Source: an uncultured bacterium
GTDB lineage: Bacteria; Planctomycetota; UBA1135
Assembly (NCBI GenBank): GCA_937919925.1
Contig: CALFOT010000036.1
Coordinates: forward strand, 61,504-125,503
DNA: 64,000 nucleotides
Direction of reading: 5' to 3'
Below, piece after piece: positions 18,347-26,353 of this stretch (its first letter is position 1; every line of letters starts with the position of its first letter). Below the pieces are notes generated by a model that saw only the letters and a list, made by a program, of their open reading frames with translations, did not search any database and was not told where the DNA came from. Position numbers and translations under genes: made by a program.

Positions 18347-19693
18347 ATGCCTACCCGAACGGAACGCCTGCTGCTCTACTCTCCGCTCATTGGAATTGCT
18401 CTAATGGCCGCGGCATGGCTGCTTCCTGCTCCTATTTCAGCCTCAGCCAACGGGGCCATGAGCCCGCTGCCGTCGCCGCCGCCGCGTCCGGCCCAAGGCA
18501 TTGAAGTCCACGATGTGGAAAGTTTGCAACGCTTGCTCGCCGCAGCGCCCGACGGCAGCACTTTGTTGCTGGCACCCGGGCGCTACCGCGGGCCACTGTT
18601 GATTGCGCGCGGAATTACTCTCTGGGGCCCTGCCGATGCAGTCATTGTGACCACTGGCGTAGGCACCACCGTGCAGCTGCATGGCGACGGCTCCGCAGCA
18701 CTCGGCTTCAGTATTGAAGGCAGTGGTACGCGTTACGATTTGCTCGACGCCGCACTAGAGCTGCAGGGCGAAAACTTGCGCGCCGAAGGCCTCCACATAA
18801 GCAAGGCCGTCTTCGGCATTCTCGCCAACCGCAGCCGCAACATTACTTTACGCGCCAACGATGTCGTCGGCACCGGGCAAGCTGCGATGGGGCTACGCGG
18901 CGACGGCATCCGCATTTGGGAAACCTACGATTCGGAAGTGAGCGATAATCGCATGCAAGGTGCGCGCGACATGGTGGTTTGGTACTCCAATAACAATCAT
19001 ATTTTCAAAAACGAAGTGCGCGGTTGCCGATACGGCACACACCTCATGTACAGTCACAACAACCGCGTCACAGATAACAAGTATGTGGGCAATGTGGTTG
19101 GTTTATTTTCGATGTATTCCACGAAGTTGCTGCTGCAACATAATGTGTTTGCGGCTTCCAACGGCAGCGCTGGGATGGGCCTAGGCATGAAAGAGTCCAG
19201 TGATTTACGCATCTTAGACAATCTCTTTGTGGGCAATGAACGTTGCCTGTACTTTGACAACTCGCCGTTTGAACAAGACACAACGATTGAGGTCATCGGC
19301 AACGAGTTTTATTTTTCTTCGGTGGCGTTGGATTTTCACGACTCTCCGAAAAAAGTCTTTTTGAAGGATAACTTATTCCGCGCAAACTGGTCGCTGATTG
19401 GCGTTGCAGGCCGCGGCGATGCGCTCTCTATGACTGTCTCCGGCAATGATTTTGATAGCTACCGCGGCTACGATCTCGATGATGATGGCATTGGCGATAT
19501 CCCATTTGAAGAACGTTCCATGGCAGAGCAACTCATCTCGGCGCACGCAACTCTGGCCTTGTTTCGAGGTACTCCGGCTTCCGGCATGCTCGAAGCTATC
19601 GGTCAGTTGCTGCCGCTCTACCAACCCAAAGCCTTGCTGCGCGATGAAAATCCGTCGCTGATTCTTTCCGACCGGCGCGAGGTGGCTCGATGA
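18347..19693 (+). CDS. nosD: NosD, periplasmic copper-processing beta-helix protein
   Basis: Parallel beta-helix repeats (NNNHIFKNEVRGCRYGTHLMYSHNNRVTDNKYVGNVVG). The position is immediately after nosZ. An alternative GTG start lies at 18305. Confidence 0.8.
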   Translation: MPTRTERLLLYSPLIGIALMAAAWLLPAPISASANGAMSPLPSPPPRPAQGIEVHDVESLQRLLAAAPDGSTLLLAPGRYRGPLLIARGITLWGPADAVIVTTGVGTTVQLHGDGSAALGFSIEGSGTRYDLLDAALELQGENLRAEGLHISKAVFGILANRSRNITLRANDVVGTGQAAMGLRGDGIRIWETYDSEVSDNRMQGARDMVVWYSNNNHIFKNEVRGCRYGTHLMYSHNNRVTDNKYVGNVVGLFSMYSTKLLLQHNVFAASNGSAGMGLGMKESSDLRILDNLFVGNERCLYFDNSPFEQDTTIEVIGNEFYFSSVALDFHDSPKKVFLKDNLFRANWSLIGVAGRGDALSMTVSGNDFDSYRGYDLDDDGIGDIPFEERSMAEQLISAHATLALFRGTPASGMLEAIGQLLPLYQPKALLRDENPSLILSDRREVAR

Positions 19694-20580
19694 AAATTGA
19701 ATTCAAAAATCTTGTCAAAAACTTTGGCCGCCAAGTAGCACTGACTGGTGTGGATTTGGTTTTTGAAGCAGGTAGTCGCACCGCTTTAGTGGGCCCGAAT
19801 GGCTCGGGCAAATCAACTTTGATTCGCGCGCTGATGGGCACCATTCATTGTAAGGGCGGCATATTCATCAATGACTTACCCCTGCTGCGCCAGCCCGCCC
19901 TCGATTTTGCGGTGGCCTATATTCCGCAGTTTGCGCCGCAAACCCGCGCCCCGGTACGCGACTTGGTGCAGGCCGTTTGCCTGCTGCGTAACTTAGATCT
20001 CGCAGACGTCATTAAGTGTGCCGAAGAGCTCAGTTTTGATTTAAAAACCAACCTCAACAAGGAAGTTGGTGCGCTTTCGGGTGGCATGCGGCAAAAACTG
20101 ATGATTGCCTTGGCATTTGCCGCGCCGGTGCAGTTGTTGGTGATGGATGAACCTACCGCCAGCTTGGATGCCGAAGCACGCGCTGCGTTTTTGCAAATGT
20201 TCGATCGTGTCGCCATCGATACTACCGTGATTCTGGCCAGTCACAGACCCGATGAGTTGCGTAGTTTGGTGGATCACATTGCTCTGCTGCGCGATGGCGC
20301 GGTGGCTTTCCACGGCGACGCCCGCAGCTTTCTGGCGCAGAGCTCCCAAACCGTAGTCGAACTGCGCTGCCATCTCGAAGTGGATCAAGCTTGGTTACGT
20401 GGGCTAGGCTTCAAGCGTGTCCATCCGCAACAGTGGATTGGAATTTTCTCCGCACTACAAAAAGAAGCGGTGCTGACGGCGCTCGGCTGGCAGGGCCAAA
20501 GCGCAGTCCTCGATCTCATTGTTCATGATGTCGAAAACGTTGATCTCGAATCCTTAACTGCAGAGAGCCATGCGTCCTAA
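19690..20580 (+). CDS. nosF: NosF, ABC transporter ATPase
   Basis: Walker A GPNGSGKST, signature LSGGMRQK and Walker B LLVMDEPT. There is a 4-nt overlap with nosD. Confidence 0.8.
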   Translation: MKIEFKNLVKNFGRQVALTGVDLVFEAGSRTALVGPNGSGKSTLIRALMGTIHCKGGIFINDLPLLRQPALDFAVAYIPQFAPQTRAPVRDLVQAVCLLRNLDLADVIKCAEELSFDLKTNLNKEVGALSGGMRQKLMIALAFAAPVQLLVMDEPTASLDAEARAAFLQMFDRVAIDTTVILASHRPDELRSLVDHIALLRDGAVAFHGDARSFLAQSSQTVVELRCHLEVDQAWLRGLGFKRVHPQQWIGIFSALQKEAVLTALGWQGQSAVLDLIVHDVENVDLESLTAESHAS

Positions 20581-21046
20581 GCTTCACCCCTTGCCAGCCT
20601 CGAGTGGCCAGACTGGTATTGCGGCAGCACCCTTGTTACTGCTGGGCGCCGTCATTGGCGCCATCGTGCTCTTCGTGGTGCTGTCCAATCGCCAGGCCGC
20701 CGATGGTCCGGTGCCCGTGATTTGGGATAAAACACCGTGTGCCTATTGCGCGATGCATCTAGGCGAGCCGCGCTTTGCCGCTCAGCTTGCCACCGCCGAT
20801 GGCACCACCTATTTTTACGATGATCCGGGTTGCCTGATGCTACATCAAAGCAGCCTCGGTGCGGCAACTACCATCCATGCCCGTTGGTTTCACGACGTCG
20901 AAAAAGAAGGTTGGATCGAAGCCGCAGAGGTTTCTTTCCTGCGCATAGAAAATACACCCATGGATTACGGCTTTGGCGCCGTACACCGCGGCAGCCCGCT
21001 GGCGGTGAGTCTCGAAGAAGCTACCGCTGAGGTACTTGCGCAATGA
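20570..21046 (+). CDS. nosL: NosL copper chaperone-like protein
   Basis: CAYCAMHLGEPRFAAQL...YFYDDPGCL matches the NosL C-x-x-C-x-M ... FDD-x-GC pattern. It has an N-terminal TM anchor. Confidence 0.7.
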   Translation: MRPKLHPLPASSGQTGIAAAPLLLLGAVIGAIVLFVVLSNRQAADGPVPVIWDKTPCAYCAMHLGEPRFAAQLATADGTTYFYDDPGCLMLHQSSLGAATTIHARWFHDVEKEGWIEAAEVSFLRIENTPMDYGFGAVHRGSPLAVSLEEATAEVLAQ

Positions 21047-21891
21047 TTTCCGCTGCTTTTAGACGTCAGTTTCGCGCCACCGCAGCTTTAGAAATCGCTG
21101 ATGGCCTGCGCTCGCGTTGGCTGGTTTTTGCCACCGTGGTGGATCTCCTGTTAGTAGGCATCTTTGTATTTGCGGGGATGCACGAATCGCAGGTTTTTGG
21201 CTTCACGGGCATGAATCGCGTGATGTTTTCCTGTTCCCATGCTTTAGTGGTGATTCTGCCACTCTTGGCGCTGGCGGCAACGGGTCAAGTGATTGGCCAA
21301 GCCCGTAGCACCGGTACCTTGGAGTTTCTATTCAGCAACCCACTTACACGGCCAACTTATTTCCTCGCCGTAACTGCAGTGCGCTTGTTGCTGCTCATTG
21401 GTCCGCTCGTCGTTGTTTTTGGCAGCTGCGCATTGGTCTCACGCTTTTACTTTCAAGAGGCGCTCGATATAGCTTTTATGGCCCGCACTCTGGCGGTATG
21501 TAGCGCCGAGCTGATTGCTTTCACCGGCATCGGCATGCTGATCTCGGCAACCGTGCGTCATCCTGCCCGCACTTTAATCAGCATCTTGCTGGTCTGGGCA
21601 GCATCGATTGCTTTATTAGATTTGGCCCTCATCGGCCTGCTCCTGCAATGGCGTTTGGATCCGCAATCGGTGTTTTTATTGGCTGCGCTGAACCCTGTCC
21701 AAGATGCCCGCTTGGCCCTGCTAGCCGGTGGCGATCCAGAACTTGCCACCCTCGGCCCAGTGGGCTTCTTCCTGGCAAATCGGCTTGGGAATGCCTCGCT
21801 CCTCGCGATTGGCTTGTTGTGGCCAATCGTGGTTGGAACTCTCTGTTGGTGGGCTGGTTTACGCTCTTTCCGACGCCACGATTTGCTCTAA
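21043..21891 (+). CDS. nosY: NosY, ABC-2 type permease
   Basis: 282 aa with 6 TM helices. The N-terminus ...EIADGLRSRWLVF is typical of NosY. There is a 4-nt overlap with nosL. Confidence 0.75.
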   Translation: MISAAFRRQFRATAALEIADGLRSRWLVFATVVDLLLVGIFVFAGMHESQVFGFTGMNRVMFSCSHALVVILPLLALAATGQVIGQARSTGTLEFLFSNPLTRPTYFLAVTAVRLLLLIGPLVVVFGSCALVSRFYFQEALDIAFMARTLAVCSAELIAFTGIGMLISATVRHPARTLISILLVWAASIALLDLALIGLLLQWRLDPQSVFLLAALNPVQDARLALLAGGDPELATLGPVGFFLANRLGNASLLAIGLLWPIVVGTLCWWAGLRSFRRHDLL

Positions 21892-21922
21892 TCGCACACC
21901 ATCACGCTACAATTACGCAACC

Positions 21923-22591
21923 ATGAAAGCAGCTCTAGAAAAATTCGAAATCTACTTGGATAGGCCGATTGCCTTCCGGGCGCGCTTCCTGCTGGTGCTG
22001 CTGGTCATTCCACTGATTAGCTCTTTTTTCGCCCCGCTGTGGAATATCAGCATGAAGGCGCCGCAATATCCACAGGGGCTCGAAGTCGATGTCTATGCGT
22101 ATAAGGTTGTGGGCGGCAACGAGGGCAAAGATGTCCCAGAAATCAACAATCTGAATCACTATATTGGCATGGCTCCTATCGAAGGGGAACTGCTCAAAGA
22201 CTTGGATTGGATTCCTTTCCTGCTTGGCCTCCTGGTAATCCTCACCTTACGCGCTGCTGCCATCGGCAACATCCGCACGCTGGTTGATTTAGCAATCCTA
22301 TATTGCTTTATCTGCTCCTTCCTGGGATACCGTTTCTGGTATCACCTTTATTCACTCGGCCATAATCTCGACCCTCGAGCACCGGTGTTCGTGGAGCCGT
22401 TCATGCCGGCAGTGTTCGGCTCAAAACAAATTGCCAACTTCTACATCACCAGCCTTCCTCAGGCTGGCGCCATCGGCGTCATGGTTACTGTCGGTGGAAC
22501 TCTACTCATCACGATTTGGCACTTAGGTGGCGGTTTTCTGGATAACAGAAGGAACGCAGCACTTGCCAACTTAACTTCCTCAGCCTCATAG
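21923..22591 (+). CDS. Integral membrane protein of unknown function in the nos cluster (NosB-like candidate)
   Basis: 222 aa from the ATG at 21923 (MKAALEKFEIYLDR...). It has about 4-5 TM segments and a loop KAPQYPQGLEVDVYAYKVVGG. The ORF-track start at 21728 overlaps nosY in another frame. Confidence 0.5.
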   Translation: MKAALEKFEIYLDRPIAFRARFLLVLLVIPLISSFFAPLWNISMKAPQYPQGLEVDVYAYKVVGGNEGKDVPEINNLNHYIGMAPIEGELLKDLDWIPFLLGLLVILTLRAAAIGNIRTLVDLAILYCFICSFLGYRFWYHLYSLGHNLDPRAPVFVEPFMPAVFGSKQIANFYITSLPQAGAIGVMVTVGGTLLITIWHLGGGFLDNRRNAALANLTSSAS

Positions 22592-22601
22592 GCTCCTTCC
22601 C

Positions 22602-23018
22602 GTGAAACTGCACACTCTACTTTTCCTTTCCCTGTCTCCGCTCTTGGCACTGGCTGCCTGTGGGTCTTCTGAACAACCTGCGAGCACTGGCGATAGCGCC
22701 ACGGCCACATCAACAGCACCCGCCCTCCCAACCGACCTTGAAGGCGGTGCCAAGTACTTCGCAACCACTTGCACGCCTTGCCATGGAGCAGGTGGCAAAG
22801 GCGATGGCGCGGCTTCGGCAGCGCTGGATCCTAAGCCTCGGGACCTCACGGATAGCGCTTGGCAAGCTACCATTGAGGATGATTACCTACTTAAAATCAT
22901 CCAATACGGTGGTTCTGCAGTCGGCAAGCAGCCAACCATGCCGCCAAACCCGGTACTTGCCAGCAAGCCTGAAGTGCTAAACGGCTTGGTCGCTTATGTG
23001 CGCAGCTTGGCAAAATAG
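22602..23018 (+). CDS. Monohaem class I cytochrome c lipoprotein (candidate electron donor to NosZ)
   Basis: Lipobox LLALAACGSS, one CTPCHGAGGKGDG haem site and a distal Met region QPTMPPN. Confidence 0.75.
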   Translation: MKLHTLLFLSLSPLLALAACGSSEQPASTGDSATATSTAPALPTDLEGGAKYFATTCTPCHGAGGKGDGAASAALDPKPRDLTDSAWQATIEDDYLLKIIQYGGSAVGKQPTMPPNPVLASKPEVLNGLVAYVRSLAK

Positions 23019-23033
23019 TTTTGTCTCCTAACG

Positions 23034-23077
23034 AATCAGCGCCTCAATCCATTTGGATTGGGGCGCTGATTTTTTTT
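23034..23077 (+). terminator. Rho-independent terminator after the nos / cytochrome c operon
   Basis: AATCAGCGCC-T-CAATCC-ATT-TGGATTG-G-GGCGCTGATT followed by a T7 run. Confidence 0.75.
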
Positions 23078-23088
23078 CGCAAGCAGTG

Positions 23089-23634
23089 CTACTTTGTTGG
23101 TGGGAGTAACACGGCGTCAATAATGTGCAAAATACCATTCGACGCCTTCACGGAAGCCACGATATTGGCACCGTTAATGGTGTACTTACCATCTTTCACA
23201 CCCATGGTGACTTTCGCACCGTTGGCCATGGCGATAATCATGCCATCTTTGAAAGTCGAGGTTTCCAACGCCGAGGTGGTCACGTGGTACTGCAAAATGT
23301 TTCGCAGGTCATCCACGGCTTCCGGCTTCAATAAGCCTTCCACGGTACCTGCGGGGAGTGCATCAAACGCGGCGTTGACAGGAGCGAATACGGTCAACGG
23401 GCCAGACGCCGCCACCGAAGTGACGTAATCTGCAGCCTGAAGCGCAGCGACCAAGGTGGTGTGATCTGCCGAACCAAGCGCAATGCTCACGATGTTATCG
23501 GGGGCCAAGGGTGGGATGTTTGAGCGATGCGCAACCACTGGGGCAGCAGCAACCGGCGCTTCGGGCTCGCCACAAGAAAGTAAGGTGAGTCCTGCGATGA
23601 CTGCTGGAACCAGCAAGGTAGTAATGTTTTTCAC
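23089..23634 (-). CDS. Fasciclin (FAS1) domain lipoprotein
   Basis: Lipobox LTLLSCG. FAS1 motifs TVFAPVNAAFDALPAGTVEGLL and NGILHIIDAVLLP. Confidence 0.85.
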   Translation of the reverse strand: MKNITTLLVPAVIAGLTLLSCGEPEAPVAAAPVVAHRSNIPPLAPDNIVSIALGSADHTTLVAALQAADYVTSVAASGPLTVFAPVNAAFDALPAGTVEGLLKPEAVDDLRNILQYHVTTSALETSTFKDGMIIAMANGAKVTMGVKDGKYTINGANIVASVKASNGILHIIDAVLLPPTK

Positions 23635-23765
23635 TTTGAATCCGTCTACTTGTTATCCACGCGGCAGCTTGCGTTGCGGTTGAGTGGGGCGCTAAAGGAT
23701 TAGCTCGCTGAGTCTAGCAGGATGCTTGAAGCAAGAAAAGCGAGCTCCCATGGGGTAAATAACGC

Positions 23766-23807
23766 GAAAATGAGAAATAGCTGGGAAGGCTTGCACCCCC
23801 CCAGCTA
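23766..23807 (-). terminator. Probable intrinsic terminator of the porin gene
   Basis: Stem TAGCTGGG (23778-85) / CCCAGCTA (23800-07). On the minus strand it is followed by ATTTCTCATTTTC. Confidence 0.45.
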
Positions 23808-23837
23808 CTGTTGCGTGTGACTTCAAACTCGGTTCGC

Positions 23838-24986
23838 TTAGAAGTCGAAAGCAACGCGCATGGCAATGATGGTGGTTGCGTCGAAGCTACCCATGTCGGC
23901 CTGGGTAGCGTCGAGCATGAAGCGTGTATTCGGGTTGACGTACCAGTTCAGCGCAACGGTCATCGTATCCAGCTCATCCGCAACGCTCACGGAATCAGTG
24001 AGATCAAGATTCGAAACACGTGCTGCAATTTCCCATGCACCCGCGCCTTCCTCTTTGCTGAGTGCGTTATGGTTCGGCTTGACGCGATCAAAAATACCAT
24101 GCTTGGTTTTGTAACTGCGACTTTCGCCGGTTAAAAACCAGCCAGCCTGCGCGGACCAACCTGAGAAGCTGGGATCGGTACCGGTGGTGGCATTGACATC
24201 AGCCTGCATGAATTCCAGCATGGCGTGAAAAGGGCCCTCTTGAAGAGCCGCTTCAAAACCCAACAGCAAGACGTCGTCGGCGGCGATGGCGCCGGTGTCT
24301 ACGAACTTGGCGATGAAGTGGTTTTCGGGGCGCGCTGCATAAGATACGCCACCTTTGGTATTACGCTGCGAAGCGGAAACACCAAGGTGCAGCATGCTGC
24401 GGCCTTTGTCCTCAAACCAAGGGCGGTAAACCACGCGGCCAGTGAAAGCGGTGGATTCATCGCCAGACTTTCCTTGGGCATCGGTATCGCGGAACCAACC
24501 AACCGACGCGGTGTAATCGTTGTTGTTGTGCCACAAGCTAAGGCCGGCATTCCGTTCCGGGGTGAAAGCTTCGCTGAGAGAAGAGCGCTCGATGAAAGTC
24601 GAGAAACGGCTGGAAGTGAGCAAATCGAGCCCCATTGGCTCGTTTTGATGGCCAATCACGAGGTTACCGACATGCTCCAAGTGGAGGTCCAGGATGGCAT
24701 CTTTGAGCGAGCCCGTGCCACCGGCCCAATCGTATTCCATCTTGTAGGCAACATTCTCGGCCAAGTTGCCGAAAACGCGAATCCGAGCGCGGCGCGTTTC
24801 GACACCATCGTCAAAAGTTTTGCCTAGTGCAGTTGCAAGATCATTGCCCCCAGAAATGAAGGTGAAATCTTCCATGAAGCGACCACCGATGTTGATGGTC
24901 TTCTCTCCTGGATCACCAGGAATCAGACCCGTGAGATCGACGGGGGCCAGGGCTGGGCCCTGAAGGAGTAGTAGGGTGAGAATCAT
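23838..24986 (-). CDS. Phosphate-selective porin O/P-like outer-membrane porin
   Basis: RRARIRVFGNL...YKMEYDWAGG...GHQNEPMGLDLLTSSRFSTFIERS matches the OprO/OprP family pattern. The C-terminus is the aromatic ...RVAFDF. Confidence 0.65.
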   Translation of the reverse strand: MILTLLLLQGPALAPVDLTGLIPGDPGEKTINIGGRFMEDFTFISGGNDLATALGKTFDDGVETRRARIRVFGNLAENVAYKMEYDWAGGTGSLKDAILDLHLEHVGNLVIGHQNEPMGLDLLTSSRFSTFIERSSLSEAFTPERNAGLSLWHNNNDYTASVGWFRDTDAQGKSGDESTAFTGRVVYRPWFEDKGRSMLHLGVSASQRNTKGGVSYAARPENHFIAKFVDTGAIAADDVLLLGFEAALQEGPFHAMLEFMQADVNATTGTDPSFSGWSAQAGWFLTGESRSYKTKHGIFDRVKPNHNALSKEEGAGAWEIAARVSNLDLTDSVSVADELDTMTVALNWYVNPNTRFMLDATQADMGSFDATTIIAMRVAFDF

Positions 24987-25045
24987 TTGGTGCGTATTAA
25001 AACGGCAAAATGCGGAGATTGTGTGAAGACTAGAAGGAGAATAGA

Positions 25046-26272
25046 TTAAATTGGAAACATCCCCAAATCGGTCATCGCTTCTATCCCACCAGTAAGCGGC
25101 ATGGCGTAATCCAAGAAAGCTTGGGTGACGCCTTCTACTTCGCCGAGGAACTCCTCCGGCATATCTTTGGTGTACTTGGCGACAGTATCGAGTGGCGTGA
25201 TAAAAGTGGTGCAGCGGTAGGTGCTGCCTGGTTCACGCTTCAGTGCCACCGAGCCGGAAGTGAACTCCCCCGACGTGGCTGCGGCAACAGCCGCTTGCCC
25301 CACTTCGCGCGCTTCGATGCGGTCAATCGGCGATGCATCGGCTGGGAAACTGCGCTGCAAGTAGCCAAAAGTATCGGCGCGCACGCGAATACTACCCATA
25401 TGCTCTTTCACCAAGTTCGCCAGCGAATCGCCCAAGGCCCCGGTGCCGCTGAGCTGAACATTGCCATGACTATCTTTCATGCCAGCCATGGCGCTACCGG
25501 ACATTTCTGCATAAACCTGCAGAAAGGGAGTGCCTGCGGCATTATGAATACCCTCTGAAACCGCCACCACGCAGCGCCCAAGCCGCTGATAAATTTCTTC
25601 TACTTGCTGCACGAACGATTGCGGATCAAAAACTCGTTCCGGCAAGTAGATCAAATGCGGGCCATCGTTTGGATCCCGGCGCCCGAGTGCCGCCGCCGCC
25701 GTCAACCAACCCGCATGACGCCCCATCACCACATTAATTTTGACGCCCGGCAAGCTGCGGTTATCGCGGTCGTCGCCCTGAAAGGCGTGCGCTACAAAGC
25801 GCGCCGCCGAACCATAACCCGGGCAATGATCGGTGACCCGCAAATCATTATCAATGGTTTTGGGAATATGAAAGCAGCGCATCTGGTAACCCATCGCGCG
25901 GGTTTGCTGCTCCATGATGTTGGCGGTTTCTGCCGTATCGTTGCCGCCGATGTAAAAGAAGTAACGGATATCGTGCTGCTTGAATGTTTCAATAGCAGTG
26001 GCAATATCTGCCGCCACCGGTTTCATACGCACACTGCCCAAGGCGGCCGCCGGTACATTTGCAACCGCCTCCAAAGTGGCTTGGCTTTCGGCGCCTAAAT
26101 CGACCAAATCGCCCTTCATCATGCCGGCAATCCCGTGGCGTGCGCCATAAACTTTGGTGATCGCCTCGGCTTTGACCGCAGCCTCAATCAATCCAACCAG
26201 CGATTGATTGATGACTACGGTTGGCCCGCCTGATTGCCCGATGACGGCCGCTCCTTTCAGAATTTCACTCAT
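25046..26272 (-). CDS. pfp: Pyrophosphate-dependent (or ATP) 6-phosphofructokinase, long PFK group
   Basis: Contains GQSGGPTVVINQSLVG, YIGGNDT, PKTIDNDL and MGRHAGW motifs. Length 408 aa. Confidence 0.75.
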   Translation of the reverse strand: MSEILKGAAVIGQSGGPTVVINQSLVGLIEAAVKAEAITKVYGARHGIAGMMKGDLVDLGAESQATLEAVANVPAAALGSVRMKPVAADIATAIETFKQHDIRYFFYIGGNDTAETANIMEQQTRAMGYQMRCFHIPKTIDNDLRVTDHCPGYGSAARFVAHAFQGDDRDNRSLPGVKINVVMGRHAGWLTAAAALGRRDPNDGPHLIYLPERVFDPQSFVQQVEEIYQRLGRCVVAVSEGIHNAAGTPFLQVYAEMSGSAMAGMKDSHGNVQLSGTGALGDSLANLVKEHMGSIRVRADTFGYLQRSFPADASPIDRIEAREVGQAAVAAATSGEFTSGSVALKREPGSTYRCTTFITPLDTVAKYTKDMPEEFLGEVEGVTQAFLDYAMPLTGGIEAMTDLGMFPI

Positions 26273-26353
26273 GATGGCGGGATTCTAGCAGCTTGTGCCC
26301 TGCTTCTTTCGCGCATGCTGCCGATTTCTCCGAGGCCTGAAGGACTCCAGAAA

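Noticed and set aside
21728-21922. Upstream extension of the nos-cluster membrane protein ORF
   Set aside because: It overlaps nosY out of frame. The ATG at 21923 follows the nosY stop and precedes the first hydrophobic segment.
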